Assembly (NCBI GenBank): GCA_963808625.1
Contig: CAWEHK010000054.1
Span: forward strand, 1-64,000
Reading direction: 5' to 3'
Source of the DNA: an uncultured delta proteobacterium
GTDB taxonomy: Bacteria; Desulfobacterota; Syntrophobacteria; Syntrophobacterales; Syntrophobacteraceae
Length of the DNA: 64,000 bases
Positions 1-10,298 of the stretch are shown one piece after another; the stretch's first letter is position 1, and each line of letters opens with the position of its first letter. The translations under genes were made by a program, and so were the position numbers. The notes under the pieces were generated by a model that did no database searches, had not been told where the DNA came from, and worked only from the letters and a program-made list of their open reading frames with translations.

Positions 1-1021
1 GCAGGGGATTTTGATCAAAGGCGGGGAGAGCCTCGAACGAGCCGGCGCGCTCACCACGGTAATCTTCGATAAGACCGGCACCCTCACCAAGGGGACCCCG
101 GAAGTGACCGAGGTGCTGCAAATTTCACCCATGAGCAGGGACGACATCCTGAAAATGGCGGCTTCGCTTGAGGCTCTTTCGGAACATCCCCTGGCCAGGG
201 CCATTGTTGCCAGGGCTGGAGAGGCCGGGATGGCCCTGGAGGAAGTCCGTGATTTTGAGGCCCAACCCGGCCTCGGAGCAATCGGGACCGTTGCCGGCAA
301 GCAGGTGCTCGTCGGGAACCTGAAGATGCTGGAAGCGCGTGGCATTTCCGGGGTGAAACTGGACGAGTCCGTCAGAAAACAGTTTTCTTTCGGGAAAACC
401 TGTGTATATGTTGCCGTGGAGAATGAGCTTGCAGGCGCCGTCATGCTTGCCGATACGGTGAAGGATTCTGCCCGGGAAGCCGTTTCGCAACTGCGGGACC
501 TGGGGCTCGAAGTGGGCATGATCACCGGGGATCGCCGCGAAACCGCAGAGGCCATCGCGGAAGAGGTGGGCATCGACCGCATCATGGCGGACGTGCTGCC
601 GAAGGAAAAGGCCGGCGCGATCAGGCGGCTGCAGGACGAGGGCAGGGTCGTGGCCATGGTCGGGGACGGCATCAACGACGCTCCCGCCCTGACGACTGCC
701 GATATCGGGGTGGCGATCGGTGCCGGGACCGATGTGGCGATGGAGGCAAGCGATATCACGCTCATGCGCGACGACTTGCGGCTCGTGGCATCGTCAATCC
801 GGCTTTCGGCCCTCACCATGAGGGTCATCAAGCAGAATCTTTTCTGGGCATTCTTCTACAATGCGCTCGGAATTCCTGTTGCTGCCGGGGTTCTGTATCC
901 CTTTTTCGGTATTCTTCTCAATCCCATGTTTGCAGCCGCGGCCATGGCCATGAGTTCCGTATCGGTGGTGAGCAACGCGCTTCGCCTCAAACGTCTGTGG
1001 GCGAAGCAGAACAAGGCGTGA
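1..1021 (+). CDS. copA: Heavy-metal (Cu+) translocating P1B-type ATPase, C-terminal part (5' truncated by window)
   Basis: DKTGT phosphorylation motif, SEHPLA, MITGD, GDGINDAPAL, YN and MAMSS transmembrane motifs typical of Cu(I) P1B-1 ATPases. Confidence 0.9.
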   Translation, partial: QGILIKGGESLERAGALTTVIFDKTGTLTKGTPEVTEVLQISPMSRDDILKMAASLEALSEHPLARAIVARAGEAGMALEEVRDFEAQPGLGAIGTVAGKQVLVGNLKMLEARGISGVKLDESVRKQFSFGKTCVYVAVENELAGAVMLADTVKDSAREAVSQLRDLGLEVGMITGDRRETAEAIAEEVGIDRIMADVLPKEKAGAIRRLQDEGRVVAMVGDGINDAPALTTADIGVAIGAGTDVAMEASDITLMRDDLRLVASSIRLSALTMRVIKQNLFWAFFYNALGIPVAAGVLYPFFGILLNPMFAAAAMAMSSVSVVSNALRLKRLWAKQNKA

Positions 1022-1105
1022 AGAGGAGGTCTTGGTGACGGTGCAGTTTCTTCGAAACCAAAACCTCCATGATGAACATTCCAAAACAACCAAGGAGGTA
1101 AGCAA

Positions 1106-1264
1106 ATGGATCGTTATGTATGTCAGATTTGCGGTTATGTGTATGATCCGAAGGAAGGTGACCCTGACAGCGGGATTGCTCCCGGGACCAAGTTTGAAGA
1201 TCTGCCCGATGACTGGGTTTGCCCGGTTTGTGGAGCAGGCAAGGATGACTTCGAGAAGGAATAG
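1106..1264 (+). CDS. Rubredoxin (52 aa, absent from ORF track)
   Basis: RBS AAGGAGG at ~1092-1098; hand translation [52 protein letters not shown] with two CxxC motifs. Confidence 0.97.
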   Translation: MDRYVCQICGYVYDPKEGDPDSGIAPGTKFEDLPDDWVCPVCGAGKDDFEKE

Positions 1265-1292
1265 GCTCGGGGATTGAAAAGGAGTTGGCTGT

Positions 1293-1792
1293 ATGATTTT
1301 TCATTTTAACGCTGTTGAGGTTTTTGATATTGGCATAAAGATAGAGGAAAACGGCAAGCGGTTCTACGATCGGGGCCGGGAGATCATCGATGACCCCGAT
1401 GTGCAAGAAGCTCTTCGAAGAGCTTGGCCCAGGAAGAAGTCAAGCACAAAGAAAAATTTCAGACCCTCAAGAGCCAACTTCCCTCGACTGCTGCTTCCGG
1501 CGCGGTGTTTGACCCCAACCACGAGCTCGATCTCTACATCAAAATGATGGCTGACCAGCATGTTTTCATTTCCAGTGACAGCGTCGAGGCCCAACTGGGT
1601 AGCATAAAAGATGCCAGGGACGCCTTGAGACTGGCCGTCGAATTCGAGAAGGATTCGGTGATTTTCTTTCTCAGCATGCAGGATGCGACCGAAGGAACCA
1701 AGGGCAAGGATTTTATCGGGTCCCTGGTTAAAGAAGAACAGGAACATTTACGGCGACTTTCCCTCGAATTGAAGAAAATCAGCCGCAAGTAA
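1293..1792 (+). CDS. Ferritin-like/rubrerythrin family protein (one frameshift near 1405-1425)
   Basis: IEENGKRFY...EExxH in the first half and EFEKDSVIFF...EEQEH in the second half, in two frames. Confidence 0.8.
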
Positions 1793-1802
1793 CGCGGCAC
1801 GG

Positions 1803-1936
1803 GGGCGTCCAAAAATAAAAGGCCTTCTTTTACCACGAAGAACACGAAGGAACGAGGTGATTTCTTCGTGCTCTTCGTGTTCTTCGTGGTTCAAAGAAGG
1901 GTTGAAATGGGTGCAAGTTGTTTTTGGACAGTTTCC
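1803..1936. mobile_element. MITE-like element, copy 1 (GTCCAAAAA...TTTTTGGAC ends, internal ACCACGAAG/CTTCGTGGT palindrome)
   Basis: Closely similar copies at ~17499-17663 and ~58418-58534; terminal and internal inverted repeats read directly. Confidence 0.8.
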
Positions 1937-2049
1937 AAGATCTGGCGCCGCCGTCTTTCGATGGCGAGTTCCCTTATCAGGGATCAGGGTCACCTGTCGG
2001 TCCAGCCGCCGGGCTGGGCCGACCACACTTTTTCCAAAGGGCAAGGACC

Positions 2050-2289
2050 ATGCAAAAGAAGGTAAAGATTTACACCACGCCGACGTGTCATTACTGCAAC
2101 CAGGCCAAGGAATACTTCACCGAGAAGGGTATTGCGTTCGAGGCGTTTGATGTTACCAGCGATACGGAAGCGCTGAAGGAAATGAAGACCATCACCGGAG
2201 GGGCGCGGAGCGTCCCGGTGATTGCCGTCGATGATGCCGTCATCGTTGGCTTTGACCGGGATGCCGTGGAGAAAGCATTGCAGGCCTGA
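2050..2289 (+). CDS. Glutaredoxin/NrdH-like redoxin
   Basis: YTTPTCHYC, SVPVI, IVGFD. Confidence 0.9.
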   Translation: MQKKVKIYTTPTCHYCNQAKEYFTEKGIAFEAFDVTSDTEALKEMKTITGGARSVPVIAVDDAVIVGFDRDAVEKALQA

Positions 2290-2311
2290 TGAGCAGGATT
2301 GGGTTCGTAAT

Positions 2312-3496
2312 ATGGAAGTAGTCCTTTACAGCACGGAAACCTGTCCCTTCTGCCAGAAGGCGAGAGCCTTTCTCGCGGCAAGAGGCATCGGGTTCCGGGA
2401 GATCACGGCGGCGCCCGGATCGACCGTGTGGGAGGAGATGAAGCAGCGGACCGGGAGCGGATCGCTGCCCCAGATTCTGATTGGGAGTGCGGCCATTGGC
2501 GGGTATGCGGACCTCGTCAACCTGGAGCTCACGGGTAAGCTCGATGAACTCCTCGGCCTGAGTGCCGGAACGCCCGAACCTTCGCTCTATGACGTGATCA
2601 TTATCGGCGCGGGACCGGCAGGCCTGAGTGCGGCGATCTACACCATCCGCAAGATGCTCAAAACCCTCATCATCAGCAAGGACGTTGGCGGCCAGATCAC
2701 CTGGACCAGCGATGTCGAGAATTATCTCGGTTTCAGCCAGGTCAATGCGGCGGAGCTCGTGAGTAAGTTTGAGAGCCACGTAAAGAAGTTTGATGTGGAA
2801 AAGGTCGTCGGCGTGGAGGTCAGCGCGGTCGATCTCGTTGGGCGGCGCAAGCGGGTCACAACGAGTGACGGTAAGAACTACTTTGGCAAGACCGTGATCA
2901 TCGCCACCGGGGGCCAGCATCGACCGCTCAATATCCCTGGAGAAAGAGAACTTCTCGCGAAGGGCGTTTCGTATTGTTCGACCTGCGATGCTCCGCTGTT
3001 CGCAGGCGCGGACGTGGCCGTGGTCGGGGGCGGCAATTCCGCCCTGGCAGCGGTCATTGATCTGATGAATATTGCGAACCGGATCACTCTCGTCTCCCTT
3101 ACCACGCTTACCGGCGATCCCGTCTACCGGGACAAGGTCCTGCGGTCGGAGAAGGTCGAGGTCTTCATCGAGCACCAGCCCACCCGGGTGATCGGCAAAA
3201 CCATGGTGGAGGGTTTGGAATGCAAGTCGCTGGTCACGGGCGAGATCAAGACGTTCACCGTTGAAGGGGTATTTGTGGAGATCGGCATTCAACCGAGCAC
3301 GAGCCTTTTCCTCGATATCCTGGCGACCAACGAGAAGGGTGAAATCCTCGTCGATACCGAATGCCGAACCGGGCTGGCCGGGGTCTTCGCCTGCGGCGAT
3401 GTCACCACCGTCCCCTTCAAGCAGGTCGTGGTCGCGGTAGGTGAAGGTTCCAAGGCCGCCCTCTCCGCATACAATTATTTGATCACTCAGAAATAG
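2312..3496 (+). CDS. trxB: Glutaredoxin-thioredoxin reductase fusion (FAD-dependent disulfide reductase)
   Basis: N-terminal CPFC Grx domain; GAGPAG, CSTCD, GGGNSA and GVFACGD motifs. Confidence 0.85.
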   Translation: MEVVLYSTETCPFCQKARAFLAARGIGFREITAAPGSTVWEEMKQRTGSGSLPQILIGSAAIGGYADLVNLELTGKLDELLGLSAGTPEPSLYDVIIIGAGPAGLSAAIYTIRKMLKTLIISKDVGGQITWTSDVENYLGFSQVNAAELVSKFESHVKKFDVEKVVGVEVSAVDLVGRRKRVTTSDGKNYFGKTVIIATGGQHRPLNIPGERELLAKGVSYCSTCDAPLFAGADVAVVGGGNSALAAVIDLMNIANRITLVSLTTLTGDPVYRDKVLRSEKVEVFIEHQPTRVIGKTMVEGLECKSLVTGEIKTFTVEGVFVEIGIQPSTSLFLDILATNEKGEILVDTECRTGLAGVFACGDVTTVPFKQVVVAVGEGSKAALSAYNYLITQK

Positions 3497-3521
3497 CGGA
3501 CCATTTCGCAAGTCATCTCAT

Positions 3522-3728
3522 ATGCCACGAACGCCGACCGTCGATTTGAGCCGCTGTAGCCGCTGTGAAGCCTGCCTTGAAGTCTGCCCCGAAGTCTTTG
3601 TAATGAATCCGGCAGGCTATGTCGAAGTTGCGGAACTTTCCCGATATCCCGTGGAATGTATCGAGGAGGCGATGAAATATTGCCCCGCCGATTGCATTGA
3701 CTGGGAAGGCCCATTGGAGGGTGCTTAG
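3522..3728 (+). CDS. Ferredoxin
   Basis: CxxCxxCxxxCP and CPADCI. Confidence 0.88.
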   Translation: MPRTPTVDLSRCSRCEACLEVCPEVFVMNPAGYVEVAELSRYPVECIEEAMKYCPADCIDWEGPLEGA

Positions 3729-3914
3729 GGATTGTCACAGAATAAGGTGGGCATAACCATCATCTTTCCCCAGCGGCAATACACGGAACATACGGAACAT
3801 ACGAGAGACAAAATAGATCAGGAGTGGTTTCTCAGATTTGTTCCGTGTGTTCCGTGTGTTCCGTGGTTTGACATAGGATCAGAACTTGAGAGCACATTAT
3901 TTTTGGATGGTCAC
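3727..3914. repeat. MITE-like palindromic element (ACACGGAAC/GTTCCGTG arms), inverted relative of 10690-10856
   Basis: Ends AGGGATTGT... and ...ATTTTTGGATGG match the reverse-complemented ends of the 10690-10856 element. Confidence 0.65.
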
Positions 3915-3943
3915 TCAGTTGGTGTGGCTGAGGAGGTGATGGT

Positions 3944-4628
3944 TTGACCATTCATCGCCGACAATTTGGCCCCCTGCGGGCACGAGTGGCGGAACTGCTG
4001 CACACGGATGATTTCGCCGTGCGTCTTTCGGAATGGTCCCAGTTCGCGCCGCGCCAGGTCATCAGTCCGCTGCTCTCTTTTCTTTATAGCACCGATGAGC
4101 AGGTTAAATGGCGTGCCGTCACCGCCGTGGGGATGGTCGTGGCGGAAATGGCGGAGGAGGACATGGAAGCCGCCCGAACCGTCATGCGCCGCCTCATGTG
4201 GAGCTTGAATGACGAGTCCGGAGGCATCGGCTGGGGAGCGCCTGAAGCCATGGGAGAAATCATGGCGAGGCAGCGGCAACTGGCGGAGGAATATTACTGC
4301 ATTTTGGTCTCTTATATTTGCGACGCCGGCAATCGCCTGGAGCACGATTTATTGGAGTGCGGCGTCCTCTGGGGGTTGGGAAGGCTTGCCCAGGTGCGCC
4401 CCGAGCTCCTCAGAGAATCCCTCTGCCACATTTCCCGATACTTGCAGTCCCAAGACCCCAGGCAACGGGGATTGGCGGCATGGGCCCTGGGATTCCTTGA
4501 CGCCGCCTTCCCGCCCGAGACCCTTGGTCACTGTTGAAGACCAAACGGAAACGATCATCTATGAGCAGGGAACGCGGCATTGCTATCGCGTCTCCGAACT
4601 GGCGGCCGGGCTGCTTTCGTCTGCATAA
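3944..4628 (+). CDS. DVU0298-family HEAT-repeat-like protein (frameshift near 4530)
   Basis: MRRLMWSLNDESGGIGWGAPEAMGEI signature. Confidence 0.75.
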
Positions 4629-4645
4629 CATGAAGGGAGTGCAAC

Positions 4646-5563
4646 ATGAAGGTTTTCATCACGGGCGGCACCGGGTTTGTCGGCAGCAATCTGACGCGCA
4701 GGCTTATCCAGCTTGGGCACGAGGTTACCGTGATCACCCGCTCCGCGGAAAAGAGCCGGATGCTGCTTCCAGGGGCCTCCTTTGTGGAAGGAAATCCCAC
4801 CAGGCCGGGGCCGTGGCAGGAGAGCGTGCCGAAGCATGACGTGATTATCAACCTTGCGGGTCGATCCATATTCACCTATTGGACCAGGAAAGCACGGCGA
4901 GAAATCATCGAAAGCCGGGTGTCGATCACCCGGAACCTGGTGGATGCGCTGCCGGGGGCTGCGGAAGGGACCCTCCTGATCAGTACCTCCGCGGTCGGCT
5001 ACTATGGCAGCTCGATGGACGACCGGGCGCTGGATGAAAGCAGTCCGGCGGGGGATGATTTTCTGGCTGAAGTCGGCAAACGGTGGGAAGCGGAAGCGAA
5101 ACGCGCCGAACCGTTTGGGGTTCGCACCGTTGTGTGCCGTTTCGGCATCATTCTGGGGAAGAATGGCGGCGCCATCGACAAGATGATTCCCGCCTTTCGG
5201 TACTGTCTGGGGAGCCCCCTGGGAAGCGGCAAACAGTGGTTTTCCTGGATTCACCTGGAAGACATTCTGGGCATCATGGAGTTCCTGATGGGAAACAGGG
5301 AGCTTGCGGGCACGGTCAATGCCACTGCCCCCTACCCTGTGCGCAACCGGGAATTGACGGAGACGCTTGCGCGAGTGCTGGGGAGGCCGCTGATTCTGCC
5401 TGCGGTTCCCGGATTTCTGCTCAGGACCGCCCTTGGGGAATTCGGCAACGTGCTGCTTGAAGGGCAACGGGTGGTACCGAAAAAGTTGCTCGACGCGGGG
5501 TACTCTTTCCGGTTTGCTACCCTGGAAGAGGCCCTCCGGGACCTGATTGGCGGCAAAGCATGA
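4646..5563 (+). CDS. NAD-dependent epimerase family protein (YfcH-like)
   Basis: ITGGTGFVG, INLAG, SAVGYYG, GSGKQWFSWIH, GQRVVP. Confidence 0.9.
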   Translation: MKVFITGGTGFVGSNLTRRLIQLGHEVTVITRSAEKSRMLLPGASFVEGNPTRPGPWQESVPKHDVIINLAGRSIFTYWTRKARREIIESRVSITRNLVDALPGAAEGTLLISTSAVGYYGSSMDDRALDESSPAGDDFLAEVGKRWEAEAKRAEPFGVRTVVCRFGIILGKNGGAIDKMIPAFRYCLGSPLGSGKQWFSWIHLEDILGIMEFLMGNRELAGTVNATAPYPVRNRELTETLARVLGRPLILPAVPGFLLRTALGEFGNVLLEGQRVVPKKLLDAGYSFRFATLEEALRDLIGGKA

Positions 5564-5760
5564 AGAGCTTCGTCATTTTCTTGACAGGCAACATTTTTTG
5601 TGCATTATAATCCGCCACAAAGCTTCATCGGGGTTAGGTTTGGTATTTTGGGGCAATTGCCAAGTCGGTCCTGCCGTCGCTCAGAACGATTTCGTGGAGG
5701 CTCTCAAAGTAACCCAACCGGGCAGCAGTAGACAACAGCAAGAAGGAAAGGATCCAAGAA

Positions 5761-5961
5761 ATGCCGGAAGGTCGCGTTAAATGGTTTAATGACAAGAAGG
5801 GTTATGGTTTCATCGAGACCAAAGATCAGGGTGACGTATTTGTCCATCACTCGGCTATTGTTGCTGACGGTTTCAGATCTCTGAGCGAGGGAGAACGAGT
5901 ACGGTTCGAAGTGGAATCTGGACCCAAAGGTCCCCAGGCAGTCAGAGTGACCAAGATCTAA
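5761..5961 (+). CDS. Cold-shock protein
   Basis: [24 protein letters not shown]. Confidence 0.95.
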   Translation: MPEGRVKWFNDKKGYGFIETKDQGDVFVHHSAIVADGFRSLSEGERVRFEVESGPKGPQAVRVTKI

Positions 5962-5987
5962 CACGTACCCACAGGACGTTGAATGAG

Positions 5988-6017
5988 AAAGCCAGGGAAC
6001 AATTCCTGGCTTTTTTT
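5988..6017 (+). terminator. Rho-independent terminator after csp
   Basis: AAAGCCAGG-loop-CCTGGCTTTTTTT. Confidence 0.8.
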
Positions 6018-6054
6018 ATGCCTACTTGGTTCTTTGGTTATTTGGAAAAGCAAT

Positions 6055-6231
6055 ATGAACCACGAAACACACGAAACACCCGAAAAAATAATTTACCGAG
6101 ATGGAGCCTATACTATTCAGGGGGCTGTGTTTGAGATTTTCAACTATCTCAAGGCCACGGGTCTAAGGCTTGGATTTGTCGTGAACTTCGGTCACTACCC
6201 GAAAGCACAAATTGAGAGAATTATTTCGTAG
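6055..6231 (+). pseudogene. Internally deleted GxxExxY-family (PD-(D/E)XK-like) protein bracketed by 28-bp inverted repeats
   Basis: N-terminus IIYRDGAYTIQGAVFEI joined directly to C-terminus NYLKATGLRLGFVVNFGHYPKAQIERII; the central GxxExxY motif is absent; arms at 6058-6085 and 6237-6264. Confidence 0.8.
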
Positions 6232-6274
6232 TCTGTTTTCGTGTATTTCGTGTGTTTCGTGGTTAAAAGCTTTT

Positions 6275-6958
6275 TCAGAGAAGCTTTCGCGTTTTCAGCA
6301 ACAGCATCAGTTCCTGACAGCTGCGGGCGGTCAGGTCGGCGCCGGCACTCAGCAGGTCCGGCTCTGACGCATTGCCGCTCGCGACGCCGGCAGTCATTAC
6401 CCCGGCCCGTTGCCCGGTTTGCATATCGAGCGGATGATCACCAACCATCAGGGCGGTCTCGGGTGAGGCTCCGATTTTTTCCAGGGCCTGCAGGAGGTGG
6501 TCCGGATCGGGCTTGACGCGGTGAACATGGTCACGGGCCAGGAATCCTTCACAGTAACGGTCAAGGTCCGGGAAAACGATCCGCACGGCTTCCTCACAGT
6601 TCCTGGTAATAATGGCGATCTTGATTTCCGCTTGCCGAAGTTCGCGAAGGAGCGTGCGGGTGAAGGGGAAGAGCGACCCGCGGCGGGCCGCTTCGAGCTC
6701 GAGCTCCCGGATCAGGAGACCGGCCCTCTCCTCGAACTCGAAAGCCGCCGCCTCGTCCCTTTGATGGAGGCTGAAAGCAAGCGTTTCCAGCCATTCGAGC
6801 GCCGGCATCTGCGGTGTTTGCAAAACATCGGAGAAATACTCCTGCGCCAGAATCCTAAGTTGGTGCTTCATTTCAGCAAAGTCCAGATGCAGCTCTGCAA
6901 GAGTACCGTCAAAATCAAAGACAACCGAGCTGAGCATTCCCCGCTCCTGACCATTCAT
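6275..6958 (-). CDS. HAD-family hydrolase (phosphoglycolate phosphatase-like)
   Basis: FDFDGTL, KPDP, MVGDHPLD. Confidence 0.88.
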   Translation of the reverse strand: MNGQERGMLSSVVFDFDGTLAELHLDFAEMKHQLRILAQEYFSDVLQTPQMPALEWLETLAFSLHQRDEAAAFEFEERAGLLIRELELEAARRGSLFPFTRTLLRELRQAEIKIAIITRNCEEAVRIVFPDLDRYCEGFLARDHVHRVKPDPDHLLQALEKIGASPETALMVGDHPLDMQTGQRAGVMTAGVASGNASEPDLLSAGADLTARSCQELMLLLKTRKLL

Positions 6959-7432
6959 GTTCTGCCCCGCACCCTCTACCTCGCTCCTCACTCCTTGCTC
7001 TCACGCACAGCAGAATAAATTGTCTCACTCCCTACCCCCGGTTGTCTATTCCCTGCTCGTCTGCTCTTGGCGCGGAATCCAGCAACTAACCCTGGACTGC
7101 CCTGCTCTTCGCGGGCATGACCACTGAATTCGCAAACTCTTCATGCGTTGCTCTTTCTTTGCCTCTGCTCCTTGCACACTCATATCCTGTTGGTTATTCT
7201 TATGCTTTTTCGTAGTGAAAAGCTCTTTAACTCTTATGCCGCAGATTTGCGACACCCTGCCCTTTTTGAGCACTGGTGCTAAGTACACCTCCCATATCAG
7301 TGTTGGATTATTTGTCATTGACCGCGTTTTCTGGCGAGAACCGGCTGACAAAAGCCCTGGATTCCCACTAAAAGATCAGGAATTTGACGACCTGAGCTAT
7401 AAGATTATTCAGAGTAGCAGGTTCAGAGTCTT

Positions 7433-7492
7433 TGTGGGGCAGGCTTTCCAGCCTGCCTGAACGTTCAGGCAGGCTGGAAAGCCTGCCCCACA
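7433..7492. repeat. REP-like doublet GTGGGGCAGGCTTTCCAGCCTGCC and its inverse
   Basis: Perfect inverted pair; a single copy recurs at 59456-59480. Confidence 0.8.
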
Positions 7493-7552
7493 TGGGCAAT
7501 ATGTTTTTCTGAAGATCTGGAGAAAAGAGGCGTGGTAGAGGTGCAAGAGGAA

Positions 7553-8548
7553 ATGTCAAAAACCGTTCGAACTTTGAGTTTCGATGAAGTGGTGGACCGT
7601 CTCCTGCGGATGCAGGAGCCTTACCAGAGTAACTACCGGGCCATGTATTCCAGTTGGTACGGCGGGATCATCACCGATCCGGCATTGATGATGGTCCCCA
7701 TCGACGATCACCTGGTCCACCGGGGGGATGGCATCTTCGAGGCCTTCAAGTGCGTCGAGTGGAATGTGTACGGCCTTGAACGTCACCTGGACCGGATGGA
7801 GTATTCCGCAAGGATGGCTTCCCATTCCTTCTCCCTCAGCCGGCGGCAACTGGTGGCGACGATCATTGCCACGGTAAGGGCCGCCAACCTCCCGGATTCC
7901 TCCATCAGGATGTTCCTGTCACGCGGCCCCGGCGGCTTCTCCGCAAGCCCCTACGAATGTCCTGAAAGCCAGCTCTATATTGTCGTCATGGTCCTGCAGA
8001 CCCCGCCTGAGGAAAAATATCAACAGGGGGTGAGCCTCAGAACCAGTCTCATTCCCGTCAAGAACGATTATTTTGCCAACATCAAGAGCTGCAACTATCT
8101 GCCCAACGTTCTCATGAGAAAAGAAGCCGATGATGCGGGCGTGGACTTCACCGTTTCCATCGACGAACAGGGTTTCCTGGCCGAAGGGCCCACGGAAAAC
8201 ATCGGTATCATAACCTCGAATCGGGAATTTCTCGTCCCGAGGTTCGACCGGATTCTGCGGGGAACAACGGTGAGTCGCGCCATGGAACTGGCGGAATCGC
8301 TGCTCGATGCCGGTGACCTCGCGAGAATGGGAGAGACGGACTTGACCCCCGAAGACGCCTACAACGCAGCAGAAATGATGATGTTCGGGACCAGTTTCGA
8401 CGTCCTTCCGGTGGTCAATTATGACGGCCACCGCATCGGGGATGGACGGCCCGGTGTTTTCGCGCGCAGACTTCGGGAGCTGCTCCGTGAAGACGTGCGC
8501 ACGTGCCCGGAGATGATCACCCCGGTGAGAGGGAGAGAGCATGGATAA
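7553..8548 (+). CDS. Aminotransferase class IV (D-amino acid/branched-chain aminotransferase or ADC lyase-like)
   Basis: HRGDGIFE, IKSCNY, EGPTEN, ILRGTT. Confidence 0.88.
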   Translation: MSKTVRTLSFDEVVDRLLRMQEPYQSNYRAMYSSWYGGIITDPALMMVPIDDHLVHRGDGIFEAFKCVEWNVYGLERHLDRMEYSARMASHSFSLSRRQLVATIIATVRAANLPDSSIRMFLSRGPGGFSASPYECPESQLYIVVMVLQTPPEEKYQQGVSLRTSLIPVKNDYFANIKSCNYLPNVLMRKEADDAGVDFTVSIDEQGFLAEGPTENIGIITSNREFLVPRFDRILRGTTVSRAMELAESLLDAGDLARMGETDLTPEDAYNAAEMMMFGTSFDVLPVVNYDGHRIGDGRPGVFARRLRELLREDVRTCPEMITPVRGREHG

Positions 8549-9153
8549 GGCCTCTCGCGAGCAGCTTTACAAGGTCGCCGAAGCCGCTTTTCGCGAAAGC
8601 ATCGCGGTCAAGGAATCACTTGTGCCGGATGGGATTCGGGCTCGTCCTCGAGATGGCCGGGATGCTCGCGGCGGCTTTTCAACGAGGGCATCGCCTGTTC
8701 CTTTTTGGCAATGGCGGCAGTGCCGCCGACGCGCAGCATGTAGCCGCCGAGTTTGTCAACCGCTTTCAGCTCGAGCGCCGTCCGCTGCCGGCAATCGCGC
8801 TCACCGTGGACACCTCCATTTTGACCAGCATCAGCAACGATTACCGGTTCGAGGATGTCTTTCTGAAACAGCTCCAGGCTCTCGGGCAGGCCGGCGACGT
8901 CGCTCTCGGCATCACGACCAGCGGGCGTTCCCCCAATGTCCTCAAAGCCCTGCAATGGGCCCGGGAAAACGGCCTCAGCACCCTGGGCTGGGCCGGCGCC
9001 GAAACGACCGAAATGGACGCCTGTTGCGATCTCATCCTTCATATCCCCTCCCGGGTGACAGCGAGGGTGCAGGAATGCCACATCACCTTTGCCCATGTCC
9101 TTTGCCAGCTGGTTGAAGAAATGCTTTTCGGGGCCATGAGGAGCGAACCATGA
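8541..9153 (+). CDS. gmhA: Phosphoheptose isomerase (frameshift near 8630)
   Basis: GNGGSAADAQH, SNDY, TTSGRSPN, VQECH. Confidence 0.9.
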
Positions 9154-9162
9154 GCGCTCCCC

Positions 9163-10119
9163 GTGCAAACCATGACGCCGCTGGATTTCCATGGGCTCCG
9201 AACAACGAGTTTGAAGGACCGCCCGAGCAAGGTGTCCCTCGACGATTTTGGGAAACCCTGGGAATCGGGAAGTTCGCTCGCCCGCTTTCTCGACAACCTC
9301 CCCAGAGTGCTTGCTGCGGAGCAATTGCGCGAGGCCGTTGCGGCCATTGCCGCCGCTTTTCGTGGCAAGCGAACGATCCTGATGGGCATGGGTGCGCACC
9401 CGATCAAGGTCGGCCTGAACCCCATCCTGATTGACGCCATGGGGCGTGGAATTTTGTCGGGCCTGGCGCTGAACGGTGCGGGAGTGGTCCACGATGTCGA
9501 ACTGGCCCTGGCGGGAAAGACCTCGGAAGACGTTGCCGCGCATCTCAACCAGGGGCAATTCGGCACGGCCCGCGAGACGGCGGAATTCATTCATGACGCC
9601 GTGGCCTCGGGTTTTCGGAGCGGCAATAAGGGCATGGGCCGGGCGGTGGGAGAGAAACTGCTGCAGGACGGGGCGCCTTATGCCGACATGAGCCTCCTTG
9701 CCATGGCCGCCAGGTTCGAGATTCCGGTGACCGTCCATGTGGCGGTGGGCACGGACATCATTCATATGCACGCCGCCATGGACGGTGCTGCCACAGGGGC
9801 GCTGAGCCACTATGATTTCCGCCTTTTCTGCCGGCTTGTCAGCACCCTCCAGCAGGGCGTATTCCTCAATCTCGGGTCGGCCGTAATCATTCCGGAAGTC
9901 TTTTTAAAGGCCGTCAGTGTGGCGCGCAACCTCGGGTTTTCCCTGGAAGGGATAACCACCATCAATATGGACTTTCAGCGCCATTACCGGACTCAGGTCA
10001 ATGTGGTCGAACGCCCCACCCTTGGCACCGGTTCCGGGATTAACTTGATCGGCCATCACGAAATCATGTTCCCGCTCCTTATGGCAGCAGTCCTGGAGGA
10101 GTTGGATGAAGGAATATAG
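9163..10119 (+). CDS. Conserved protein of deoxyhypusine-synthase-like fold
   Basis: MGAHPIKVG, NGAGVVHDVE, GSAVIIPEVFLKA, GHHEIMFPLL; fold assignment from memory. Confidence 0.6.
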   Translation: MQTMTPLDFHGLRTTSLKDRPSKVSLDDFGKPWESGSSLARFLDNLPRVLAAEQLREAVAAIAAAFRGKRTILMGMGAHPIKVGLNPILIDAMGRGILSGLALNGAGVVHDVELALAGKTSEDVAAHLNQGQFGTARETAEFIHDAVASGFRSGNKGMGRAVGEKLLQDGAPYADMSLLAMAARFEIPVTVHVAVGTDIIHMHAAMDGAATGALSHYDFRLFCRLVSTLQQGVFLNLGSAVIIPEVFLKAVSVARNLGFSLEGITTINMDFQRHYRTQVNVVERPTLGTGSGINLIGHHEIMFPLLMAAVLEELDEGI

Positions 10120-10149
10120 ATGGGAAAGCCCATGTGCATTCATGCCGGG

Positions 10150-10287
10150 GTGCTGAGTAATGAGTGCTGGGTGCTTAGTAATGAGTGCTGGGTGCTGAGT
10201 GCTGAGTGCTGGGTGCTGAGTGCTGGGTGCTGGGTGCTGAGTAATGAGTGCTGGGTGCTGGGTAATGAGTGCTGGGTGCTGAGTAAT
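10150..10287. repeat. Heptamer tandem array (GTGCTGA/GTGCTGG/GTAATGA, ~20 units)
   Basis: Read directly. Confidence 0.9.
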
Positions 10288-10298
10288 GGAGGAAAGAG

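Noticed and set aside
10150..10287. Heptamer array as CRISPR, or the 60-aa ORF 10120-10302 as a real protein
   Set aside because: No spacers; the CWVLS periodicity is simply the translation of a 7-mer repeat
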